From Neocallimastix sp. 'constans' (taxonomy: Eukaryota), in contig JBODTK010000150.1 in assembly GCA_050613775.1 (NCBI GenBank), positions 372,001 to 415,184 on the forward strand: a stretch of DNA of 43,184 nucleotides. Reading direction: 5' to 3'. Positions 11,259 through 22,672 of this stretch are shown here, one piece after another. The notes beneath the pieces were generated by a model that was not told the DNA's origin, searched no databases, and was given only the letters and a program-made list of their open reading frames with translations. Made by a program: the position numbers and the translations under genes. Positions within the stretch are counted from its first letter, which is position 1. Each line of letters opens with the position of its first letter.

Positions 11259-13054
11259 TGTAATAATTTCTATAAATTATAGAAATTATTATTTATAATT
11301 AATATTAATGTCACGAATACTAGAGGATTTGAAGTTAAAATTCACTATTAGATCAATTAAAATTTAAATTAGTTATTGACAAAAATTATTTTAATTCGAT
11401 TTTAATTATAAAAAATAAATATTAGAAACATTAAAGAATTAGAAACCAAAGGGTTTGGACTTATTTATTAAAGATAATTTAATTTAATTTAACCCTTAAG
11501 AATTTAATAAAAATAACATGAAGAAAAACAATGATAACTCAACAAATAATGGAAATATTATATCGTGATTTCCCGCTAAAAATATATTCATTAGAAAGCT
11601 ACTGTTGAGAACTACAACATATATTAAAATCAACCTTATTGGACAACTAGATAACGAGATATTAGACTTTAAAGATATTTAAATATAAAAATATAAATTA
11701 ATTATTTAATTAAGACCCTAAATTATTAATTAAGAAATTTATATTAGATAAATCTCTTAATTTGGAAATTATATTATTAATTTTTATTATTAATTAAAAA
11801 TACAGAATTAGTTATTAGTAATAGTTTTATAATATTTTAAATAAGTTTATAAGTTTTATATATTTATTATTATATATTTTTATTCAATTATTTTCTAAAA
11901 GATTCTAAGGAATTCTTTATTATTCTAAAGATTTCCGAAGGAGAATTTTTAATTAGTTTAATATTTTATTTTATTTTATTTTATATTTTATTATTAAATT
12001 AATTTTATTATTAAATTGTTTTATGAATAATTATATAGTTATTTTATTAAAAGATTCTTATCAATATTATTTTATTATTATATTTTATATAGTTTATATA
12101 CATGTATGAATATATTAAGATTAAAATGTATTAATTAATTATATTGTTAATTATTATTTTAGTTTAGTATAAAAAGGATTTGAAATTCCATATTTTGAAT
12201 TCTTTGTAAGATTATTAACTTAGTAACCTTTAACTTTATAACTAATTATTAAATTCTAAAATATTAACATAAAGTTAATGAATTAATTATAACAATAAAT
12301 AATTTTTTATATTAATCTTAGTTAAAATTTATTATTAAAATATATATTAAATAAAAGTTCTAATAAAACATAAATCATAAATATTGAAATCTTAATTATA
12401 AAACTCTGTGTGTGTTATTTATTATTTAAATTTAATTAAATTGTTATAATTAATAAAAACATCTTGACCTGACCAATTTAACCCAAACTAGGAAAGATAT
12501 AGCAAGAATCTTACCTAAACACTCAATTTTAATTTAACAATTAACTAAACTATTAATATTTAATAAAAATTAAAATAAAAATTAAAATAAAAATAAGAAT
12601 TTAATACTTATCTTTAAAATAGAGTTTATTATAAGAAAATATAATAGACCTTGAATATGAAAAGAGAAAATAAAATATGTTTTTTTAAAAGAACTTTATT
12701 AATCTATTTGATTATTAAATATTTTATTATTTTTTTTTTGATAAATTTTAAAATAACTATTTTATATTAATTGAAATCTTACTGTTATTTATTGTTATTA
12801 TATTTTTCTTAAAATAATAACTCTTGATTTTCTAAAGACGAAAATCAACAGCTATTTATATTTTTACAAAAATAAATGTATTTTTCTAATCTTAACAATG
12901 ATTCTTTCCAGAAAAAGATTAGAAGAAAAAACTGGAAAGATTTTTGATTGTTTTTAAATGAAATAAATTTTTTTTAAAGAATAATAATTATGAAATAATT
13001 ATTAATTAATAAGAAATAGAAATAAATTATAAAAATTTATATCAATTTCTTACA
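11259..13054 (-). mobile_element. Solo LTR J (ENE family, inverted), interrupted by a nested LTR
   Basis: TGTAA...TTACA termini; TSD ttgtg/ttgtg; aligns to K once 11309-12544 is removed. Confidence 0.8.
11309..12539. mobile_element. Nested solo LTR-like insertion
   Basis: TGT...ACA termini with a 5-bp TSD attaa (11304-11308 and 12540-12544). Confidence 0.72.
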
Positions 13055-13810
13055 TTGTGATACAGATTGGAATTCTTAAGCATAAAATTATTAGAAACCT
13101 TGAATAATATCTAACCTATTCAACAACAAATTAATAAATTAAAATTTGAAATTAAAATCATAATAAAAAAATTTATTTTAATTAAATTCTAAAACTCGAA
13201 ATTATACTTTAATTCTATTTTAATTTTTAGAATAATGAAATACTAATGTTAATTAATTTCTCTTTTTAATTAAAAGTAAATAGTTTGTAAACAATTATTA
13301 GGACGAGTGTTAGAATACTCGGTTATACGTTGTTTTTGAGTGTATTCAATAAGCTCATTTGCAACTCGTTTAGACGAATCTATTTTGTTAGAGACTGCGT
13401 AAAGGATTACTATAAAAGACGTAATCTAATCCCATATCTCTTCAACAGAGTGAGGTTGCAGTAAACGAGTTAACAACGGTTAATGCGCTTAGGTCACCGA
13501 AGGTCTAAGATTAAATATATAGTTTTAAAATTTTCTTTTAAGGGTTTACTTGTTCCCTTTTTGTTATATTAACACCGCCGGTTTTTTAATGGTTGTGAGG
13601 CAAAGGTGTTAATTAAAATAAAATTGTATACAAATACTACTACCTACAGTCGAAAGAATAATTAAAAAAAAAAAAAAAAAAAAATTTTTTTCTTTTTGCA
13701 AGAATAAATAAAAAGAAATAAGTAAAATAATTCATAAATTCATAAATTAAGATAAGCGAAAATATAAATTGTAAGGTTTCTTTTTAAAATTTATAAATAA
13801 AATAATAATA

Positions 13811-14777
13811 ATGGAAAATTCAACCAAGGCAATAACCTTTAATAGGTTACCTATATTAGGGAAGGATAAGGTTTCCTTCGAGGAATGGCATTTTTCGTAT
13901 GAACGCTGGTGTAAAGCTAATAAAATAGAAGAAGAAGAAGATAAAATTGAATACTTAATCTCCTTAACTACAGATATAGCGAGAACCATTGTATTCAATT
14001 CATTAAACAAAGAAGCACCAGATAGTTACAAAACTATAATAAATAAATTAAGAGGACATTTCAGAGTTTCTACCTCTAAAAATGCCAGATTATTAGAATT
14101 ATCTACAGTCACTATTAAAAAGGGGGAAAGAATCTCTGAATTTGATGTAAGATTCAATACCCTATGTAATCAAGTGAATTTAGAAATTAGTGACCAAGTT
14201 ATCACTTCATATTATATTAATGCTTTTAAGAATTGGGGTAAAATTTATGAAGCCTTATTAGAAGAGGAACCAACCTCACTTCAGGATGCAATGAAAATAA
14301 CATCCAAGAAAGGAAAAATTATTGCTTTAATGGAAGAAAATAAAAATAAATATAAAAAATTACACGGAGTTAACAAGAAAGAAATAAAAGATTTCAATGA
14401 ATCTAAAAATTATAATAATAATTATAACAATTATAATTAGAAATGATTATTTTTCAACTTCAAATTCCAGATTGAATAATAAGCAATATAACAACAATAA
14501 TAATAATTATAATCGTTACGATAATAAAAATAAAAATAATGATAACTATAATAACAATATAAGAAATAATAGGTATAAAATGCAATCAAGAGAAGAAATA
14601 AACAAAGGAATTGAACATAGAATGAACACTTTAAGGTACCCTCAATCAACAATAGAAGATTTAGATGACATTACAAAAAAATTAAAACAATTAAAAATAA
14701 ATTTTTGTGTACAATGTAAACGAATTGGTCACAAAATGAATGATTGCCCTGAAAACGACGAAAGCCATTTAAATTAA
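13811..14777 (+). pseudogene. gag: Gag (element 2), one in-frame stop, CCHC knuckle
   Basis: ORF 13811-14440 plus 14397-14777 with CVQCKRIGHKMNDC; ends at slippery TTTAAAT. Confidence 0.85.
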
Positions 14778-17700
14778 TAATCGGGAGTACGCAGTCTCCT
14801 AGGACAATTAATTTTGCAAATGAAAATGAAAATAATTTCGAAAGAAGTGAAAATGACAAAGAAAATTTCACTAAAGAAGAAAGTAATATTGAAGGAAATT
14901 CTTCAAACTTTATCGGTACAGTACAAAAGAGAAAAACTTCGACAAGAAAATTAAATAACAAATCTATAGTAAAGCCTTCATTATTAAGTGAACCCAAAAC
15001 AAAAATAGTAAAACAACAAAAGAAAGTAATTAAAGATGCTAGAAGAAGAAAGCTTAGCAATTCCGAAGAAAATGAACCAAATACTAGTGATGATATAGTG
15101 ATGGAAGTTAATGAAGAAGAAAATAGCAATGAAAATGAGATTAGTGGAGCCTCATATATTGAAAGTAATAATGAAAAAGAATCAGAAAAACCAAAAACTA
15201 TTAAGAGAAGAAAAATGACCAATATCCAAATGTTAAATGAAAATGAAAAGTTTAGTATAACTGAAGAAGCTAATAACCTTTTTCCAAAAATTAGTTTATC
15301 TCAATTATTATCTGCAAGTCCGTCCATTAGAAAAGAACTTGAACAAGGTTGTAAACCAAGAGTTGAGAAAATCCTTTGTTCCTTAACTAATACAAGTCTT
15401 CCTATTATATGTGGTGAAATAGATAATAAAACATTTAAAATCTTATACGATACCGGTGCAAACGTTGATGTTATAACAAATAATTGTCTAGGCAAACTAA
15501 AACATAAAGTAATTAAACAATGTGACAATTTAGAAGATATTACCATTGTGGATGGTACTAAAGTAACTACAAATAGTTACATTGAACTAAAAATAAACGT
15601 AAATAATAAATTAACTATCACAGAAAAATTCTATGTAATTAATTATACAAATCCATATTTTGAAATTATATTTGGTAGAGGAATTCAGAAAAAGTATCGT
15701 TTGTATATAGATCCAGATGATGATGCTGTCTACCAGAAAATTAAGAAAGGAATTAAACAAGTAACCTATATAATTAATAGTAAATCAGAAATACCTCTTG
15801 TTAATTCCATTATTATAGAAAAAGATGAACAACAAGAGTTCATCGATACATTAAATAAAATTATTGAATCTGTCCCGGAAAAATTTAAGACAGAATTTAA
15901 AAATTTAATTGAGAAGTATAAAAACTGTATGGCAACTTCAATGTCACAATTAAGTACAGCTAATTTAGAACCACATTCAATTGTGACAATTAGTAATAAA
16001 CCTATAAAATTAAAGCCATACAAATTATCAAAAGAGCATGCAGATATTCTTAAATCGGAAATAATTAAACTATTAGAAAAAGGACTTATAGTTCCTTCAC
16101 ATTCTCCATGGTCTTTTCCTGTTCTATTAGTTCAAAAGAAAAATGGGAAATGGAGAATGTATATTGATTATCGCAAATTAAATGAAATTACTATAAAAGA
16201 TTCTTACGCACTACCATTTATAGATGAACTAATTTATTCAGTAAATTGTGCAACGTTATTCTCCGCATTAGACTTATATTCTGGATATCATCAAATTCCA
16301 ATGAATCCAGAAGATATAGAGAAAACAGCATTTACCACAAAATTCGGCAACTACAATTTTAAAGTAATGCCATTTGGCCTTACCAATGCTACCGCTACCT
16401 TCCAACGGGAGATGAATAGAATATTACTTCCTTTAATCGGTAAATGTTTATTTGTTTACTTAGATGATATTGTAATTTATTCAAGAACTCTTGATGAACA
16501 TCTTAAACATTTAAAGTTAGCTTTTGAAATATTTTCTAAATACAATCTTTCTCTTAACTTACAAAAATGTAAATTCTTTCAAGAAAGTGTTGAAGTATTA
16601 GGTCATGTTCTAACATCAAAAGGATTAAAAACAATTCCATCCAAAGTACAAAGTATTGTTTTGTGGGACAATCCTAAAGATGTAAGTGAACTTCGTTCTT
16701 TTTTAGGTTTAGCAAGTTATTATAGAAAATTTATTCAAAATTTCTCAATTATTGCTGACCCTCTTTTTAAGTTATTAAAAAAGAATTCAAAATATATATG
16801 GTCAAATGAATGCGAAGAAGCTTTCGAAAATATTAAAGAATGTTTACTTAATGATCCAATATTAAGTTACCCAGATATTAAAAAGGAATTCATCATTCGT
16901 ACTGATGCTTCTCTTAAAGGTATTGGTGGTGTTCTTTTACAGAAGGAAGGGGATAGTCTTGAACATCCTATCTGTTGCGTAAGTAGAACACTCTCTACAT
17001 CTGAAAAGAATTACTCCGTAACGGACTTAGAAGGATTAGCTGTCATATTTAGTTTAAAATATTTTAGTCAATATATATTAAGCAATAAAAATTTAACAAA
17101 TTTTATTACGGATCATAAACCATTACTTTGGTTTTTCAAAAAAAGCATTCCTACATCTAATCGTCATGCAAGATGGATAGAAAAATTTAACAAATATAAG
17201 ATTGAACTTATTTATGAGAAAGGAAAGAAAAATGTATTCGCTGATGCGTTATCAAGATTACCTTCTAAAAATTCAAAAGGAATTATTCAATGCGCTTGTA
17301 AAAGAAACACTAAAATAGATTACAATAACAAAATACAATAAATTTTATTTTATTAAAAAATTTTTTCATTAAAATATATTTTATTAATATTTAATAGTTA
17401 TTTGTTAAAAAATAACAATTACATCGAGAAAAAATGTGAAAAGTATCTTCTATTTATACTTTTCCTAAATACATTGATAATATATTATTTTATTTAAATT
17501 ACATATATTTTAATATAAAACTATCCTAATGAATTTTATTAAATAATAAATTTATAAATTATAACTAAATTTAGAAAAATATAATTATTAATTAAACGTT
17601 TCCCCGCATCATCCAGAATCGAATGGAATGATTGAGAATCGAAACAGAGAAATAGGGAAGTTATTAAGATTATTAGTAGAAAATGAGTCTGAATGGGATG

Positions 17701-18200
17701 AATATCTTCCATCGGCTTTATGGGCCTTAAGAACTACAAAAAATTCGAAAACAAAATTTAGTAGTTTAGAATTACTTTATGGTAGACACGACACTTGGCC
17801 ATTAGAAGTCATGTTCCCCAACATTTATAAAGATCCAAATGAATCAGAAGAAGAATATATATTTCGACGTTTCTTAAGACATCAAAATTGGGTAAAACAG
17901 GCTACTGAATATTCAGAGTATGCAAATAAATATTGGGAACACCGTATTGGATTTCAAAATGCACTAAAGAAGAAATATAAACCAGGAGATTACGTAATGA
18001 TAAGACTTATAGGAAGAAGTAAATTAAATCCTTACTTTTACGGACCTTTTAAAGTTGTTAATAAACAAAAATTCAATACCTTAGTATTAGAAGATCCAAC
18101 TACTGGAAAACTCTTAAATAGAAATGTTCATATTAAAAATGTTTTTCCATATGTATTTCAAGAAAATTCTTTGACTTCAAGGGACGAAGTCATCTCTTAA
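14774..18200 (+). pseudogene. pol: Pol (element 2): PR-RT-RH intact, integrase core lost
   Basis: LYDTGA, YLDD, TDAS, ADALSR in ORF 15098-17341; IN C-terminus 17628-18200 with GPF; AT-rich DNA ~17297-17598 replaces the HHCC and first DD region. Confidence 0.9.
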
Positions 18201-18212
18201 GGGCCGACGAAT

Positions 18213-18947
18213 TGATACAGATTGGAATTCTTAAGCATAAAATTATTAGAAAGCTTGAATAATATCTAACCTATTCAACAACAAATTAATAAATTAAAAT
18301 TTGAAATTAAAATCATAATAAAAAAATTTATTTTAATTAAATTCTAAAACTCGAAATTATACTTTAATTCTATTTTAATTTTTAGAATAATAAAATACTA
18401 ATGTTAATTAATTTCTCTTTTTAATTAAAAGTAAATAGTTTGTAAACAATTTTCTCTTTTTTTATTATTTTGAATTCTTTGTTTATAATAATTCTTGTAT
18501 TAATTGTTTATTTGTTTATTTTATTGTTTATTTTTATAAATATTATTATTCTTAATTGTTTTATTATTAAAAATTGTAAATACTTTAAATTATTGTAAAA
18601 ATATAAATACTTGTAAATATTTTATAAAATTAATTTCTCGTTGTTATTAGAAATGTAATAAAAAAATAATAACCAAATATTATATTAATAAATAATAATA
18701 AAAATTAATAAATAATAATAAAAATTAATAAATAATAATAAAAATTAATACTAAACACAAAAGAAATGTATAATTTTGAAAAAAAATTAATAACAATTCA
18801 GTGTTAAGCTAGAATAATAATAACTTAATTATTAATAATAATAAAACAAATTCATTTATATTAAATTTTATATTAAATCAAACTTGATACATCTATTATT
18901 ACTTTTGAAGTAATAACTTCAAATTAAGATAATAGAATCGTTTGTCA
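18213..18947 (+). repeat. 3' LTR of element 2
   Basis: TGA...TCA termini, followed by gttg TSD. Confidence 0.8.
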
Positions 18948-18953
18948 GTTGTG

Positions 18954-20284
18954 TGTAATAATTTCTACAAAAATATAGAAATTATTATCTCTATTAATAT
19001 TAATATTAATTAGAACAAAATAAAATAATAATTTAAATACTTATCTTAAGAGAGAGTTTATTATAAGAAACTATAATAAACTTAGAAACACTAAGTGTGA
19101 AAGGAAAAATAAAAAAATATGTTTTATGATAATTTATTAAAATGTTTTATTATTAAAATATTTTATATTTTATTATAAATTTTATTTTAAAAATTATTAT
19201 AAAATTTTTTATTAAAGATTTAAATATTTTATTTAAAAATTATAAATATTTATTATTATTATTACAATTTCTTATAATAATAACTCTTGATTTTCGAAAG
19301 GAAACTCAAGAGTCCTTTTTATACTTTAAAATAAAAAAATAAAGAAATTTCTAATCTTAACAAAATACTTTCCAGGAAAAGATTAGTAGAAAAACCTGGA
19401 AAGATTTCAACCAATAATCTATACTTATTGGTTATCGTATTATTAAGTAAAACCATTTTTATGGAAAAACCTTAATAACCGATGTTCTAAATTACGTAAG
19501 TTAAACGGTTAAATTAATTCACACTTTAACAATTTAACCGAATTAACTTACGAATAAAATAAAATTAAGAAATATACAGAAATAAATACAGAAATGAATA
19601 TAGAAATACATACAAAATAAATACAAAATAAATTTAGTAAAATTTAATATATAATTTAATAAAATTTGCTACATTATTAATAATTAATTATTTATAAAAT
19701 TAAGTAAACTTAATAATTATTTTATAATTATTAAGGATTAATGATATGGTTCAGTTAAGAAATTAACTTTATACACTTAAAGAGAGGTTTTAAATATAGT
19801 TTTCTTTTAAGAACTTTTTATTTATTTATTATATATTTTTGAACTATTTAGCTCCTTGAGCAATTAAACATTTTTTGTACTATTTATACTTTATCTTAAT
19901 TATAAATTTTATATTATTATAACATATGATTTTTACTATGAAATATATAAATTATATTAAGGAGTAAATATCAGGTGTTATAATAATATTCTCTAATAAA
20001 ATTCCTATTCTTAATAAATGTTATAAAATTACTATTTTTCTATATGAACTATAATAAAATATTTCCTAAACTCTAATTAATATATTTTTCATATTTACTA
20101 TTTATCTATTTGTTTTACATTAATTTCTTACATTTTGTATTCATTAATTTCATTTAATACGTAATTATTATTTACATTTATATTTTATAATTATTTTATG
20201 ATATTTTTACACATTTTCTTATTTTATTATCATTTCATATCATTAAGAAATATAGACTTATTACAATAAGTCTAATTTCTTACA
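18954..20284 (-). mobile_element. Solo LTR K (ENE family, inverted; possibly with extra internal DNA)
   Basis: TGTAA...TTACA termini; TSD ttgtg/ttgtg; pseudoknot 19351-19403, ENE 19435-19483. Confidence 0.8.
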
Positions 20285-21356
20285 TTGTGTTACGAAACAA
20301 TACTATATATTAATAATTTTTAAAGTCAAAAAAATATTTGTTAAGAATATATTTGGTTTTGATATAACTTGGTTGGAATGCTATAAACTAATAACTTCCT
20401 TATGATAATTAAATTTTATTTTATCAGTATTCATATAGAATTTTATTATATTTTTATTTTATTATTTTATTTGATTTTATTTAATAATATTTTTTTAATG
20501 AATGAAGTTATCAGATTATTAAAATATTAATAATCTTACGAAGATTATTTAAAACATTTAATTCACTATTCTTTTATACATAAAAAATAAACAATTAAAA
20601 AGTTATATAATAATAAATAAAATAATAAACAATTAAAAAGTTAGATAATAATAAATAAAAAATAAACAATTAATTATACTTTAAAAAGTATAAATTATAT
20701 TCAACAATTTTATTATTATTATTATTATTTAATAATAATAAATAATATATATTTATATTGTAAAAGGATTTTGAGGCGTATGATCATACTAAATAATGAT
20801 TAATTTGTTATGGTAATGAGGCTTATATAGCTCATCGAGTTATATCCTTTACAATATTATTTTATATTTTATATTTTTATTATTAAATTTATTATTTTAT
20901 ATTTTATATTTTTATTATTAAATTTATTATTTTATATTTTATATTTTTATTATTAAATTTATTATTTTATATTTTATATTTTTATTATTAAACTTATTAT
21001 TTTTATTTTATTTTTTTATTATTAAATTTAATATATATTTATATATATATAATTATGTTATATTAAGAATAATATTAAAAATGATTAATTAGAAAAATAA
21101 TTTTAACCAATTAAATTTATATATTGAACTATAAAAAGACAAATGTTAAAGAAATAATTTTAAAAACTCTCTCTTAAAAATTTTAGAAGAAATAAAACAA
21201 TAAAAATAACAGTAAGTCTTAAGAAGTGTTGGTTTTGATTTTGTTTGTGTTATTTGTTGTTCTTGATTTATTTTTAGGAGTTATAAATATTAATTGTTAT
21301 GAATATACAGTTCAAAATTATTAAATAATATTTTAAAATCCTGTAACATAAAATTT

Positions 21357-21373
21357 TGGCGAGCTATGCGGGA
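21357..21373 (+). promoter_or_regulatory. Primer-binding site (tRNA 3' end, Arg-like)
   Basis: TGGCGAGCTATGCGGGA, complementary to a tRNA ending ...GCUCG-CCA; the tRNA identity is an inference. Confidence 0.7.
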
Positions 21374-21748
21374 CCAATATTTGAATTGTATGAAAAGTAA
21401 TAATTAATAATTTATAATAGGTAATTAGATAGTAACATTAATTAAATTAAAAAAAAAAAAATTTTTTTTTGTGAAACCATAATTAGAATTTGATTGATAG
21501 AGAAAGATATAATAGATATTATATATAGTAATAGTAAATAGTAATAGTAATAAAAAAAAAAATAAAATAAATAGTGATAATAAATAGTGATAATAAATAG
21601 TGATAATAATAAGTATCAATATAGTAATAGTAATAATAAAAAGAATATAATAAAAAGAATAATAAAGAGTAATAGGAATAATATAGGTTTAATAAACAAA
21701 TAATATCATTATAAATAAATCAATAAAATAAGTAAATAATAATTAGAA

Positions 21749-22672
21749 ATGAAAATATTAGAATTAGAAAAATTATTACCAAGAATTAACGAAGACACTA
21801 ATGAAGTTGATACCTGGTACTATGAATTTACTAGACTGATGGCCCTTGCAGATATAACGAGCCAAAAGAGTGTCTATACTTGGGCTCTCGAATCCGTTGA
21901 TGGAAAACTGAGAGGAGCAATCCAAGAACTACACGAAGAAGACTCTCAGGAATATCCATCCATCAAAGAAATCAAAAAGGTTTTAGAAGAATAGTTGAGA
22001 ATAGCCCCACAGGAAAAGTGTAAAAAGCTCCAACAATTAAGAATTCAAAAAGGAGAATCAATCTCAAACTTCAACTGGCGATACAAGAAGCTGTATGATA
22101 GTCTATCTAAATTCTACCAGACATTCATCACTGTGGATGACTATGTAGAGTCTATAAAATTCAGGCCCTATGCAAGATCCCAAGTCATCACACAAAGATG
22201 CGAAGACCTAGAAGAAGCTTTTGAGGAAGCCGAACTAGCAGAACGAGCTGAAATCAACAAGACTTCCTCAAGAAGTACAGCTATCGTAATGACTACTTTA
22301 TTTAATAATAATTCCTTTTATCGAGAAAATGTCCACCCATTCAGGAAATTTGGAAGTACCAATCTAATTTCATATTATTATTCACAGAATCACAACCGAA
22401 ATCCAAGAAATGATTCTGCTAAGGGTTCTGACTATAGGAGAAAAATTCATAATGTACAGTCAAACCCACTAATTAACGATTTACCCAATTCTTCTAGTTA
22501 TGAGAAGAACATGAAATTCCATAACCTCCCTAACACATCCATCAAAAGATCAACGGTTTGCTATAGGTGTGGATTACAAGGACATTATTATCGTCAGTAC
22601 CCCTATTCCTTCAAAGAACTTGCTGAAATGGAGGAACGTAAACAAAATAATCAAGCTCTTTTAAACTTCTAG
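21749..22672 (+). pseudogene. gag: Gag (element 3), internal stop
   Basis: ORFs 21749-21994 and 21995-22672 are in the same frame; degenerate knuckle CYRCGLQGHYYRQY. Confidence 0.85.

Larger units (their letters stand above)
13058..18947 (+). mobile_element. Ty3/Gypsy element 2
   Basis: 5' LTR remnant 13058-13296 matches the start of the 3' LTR 18213-18947; TSD gttg; gag-pol in between. Confidence 0.93.

Noticed and set aside
13058..13293. Element 2 LTR is only 236 bp (ending aaaca)
   Set aside because: No TSD or PBS follows that end; the TSD gttg appears at 18948, favouring a 735-bp LTR.
13385..13435. Group I intron core (agagactgc / aagacgtaatct resembling R and S)
   Set aside because: P7 would contain a mismatch, gtaatct pairs better with the local ggattac, and I could not build P3-P6.
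20810..20845. Hammerhead ribozyme (ctcgatgag on the - strand)
   Set aside because: The core is imperfect and there is no GAAA after stem II.
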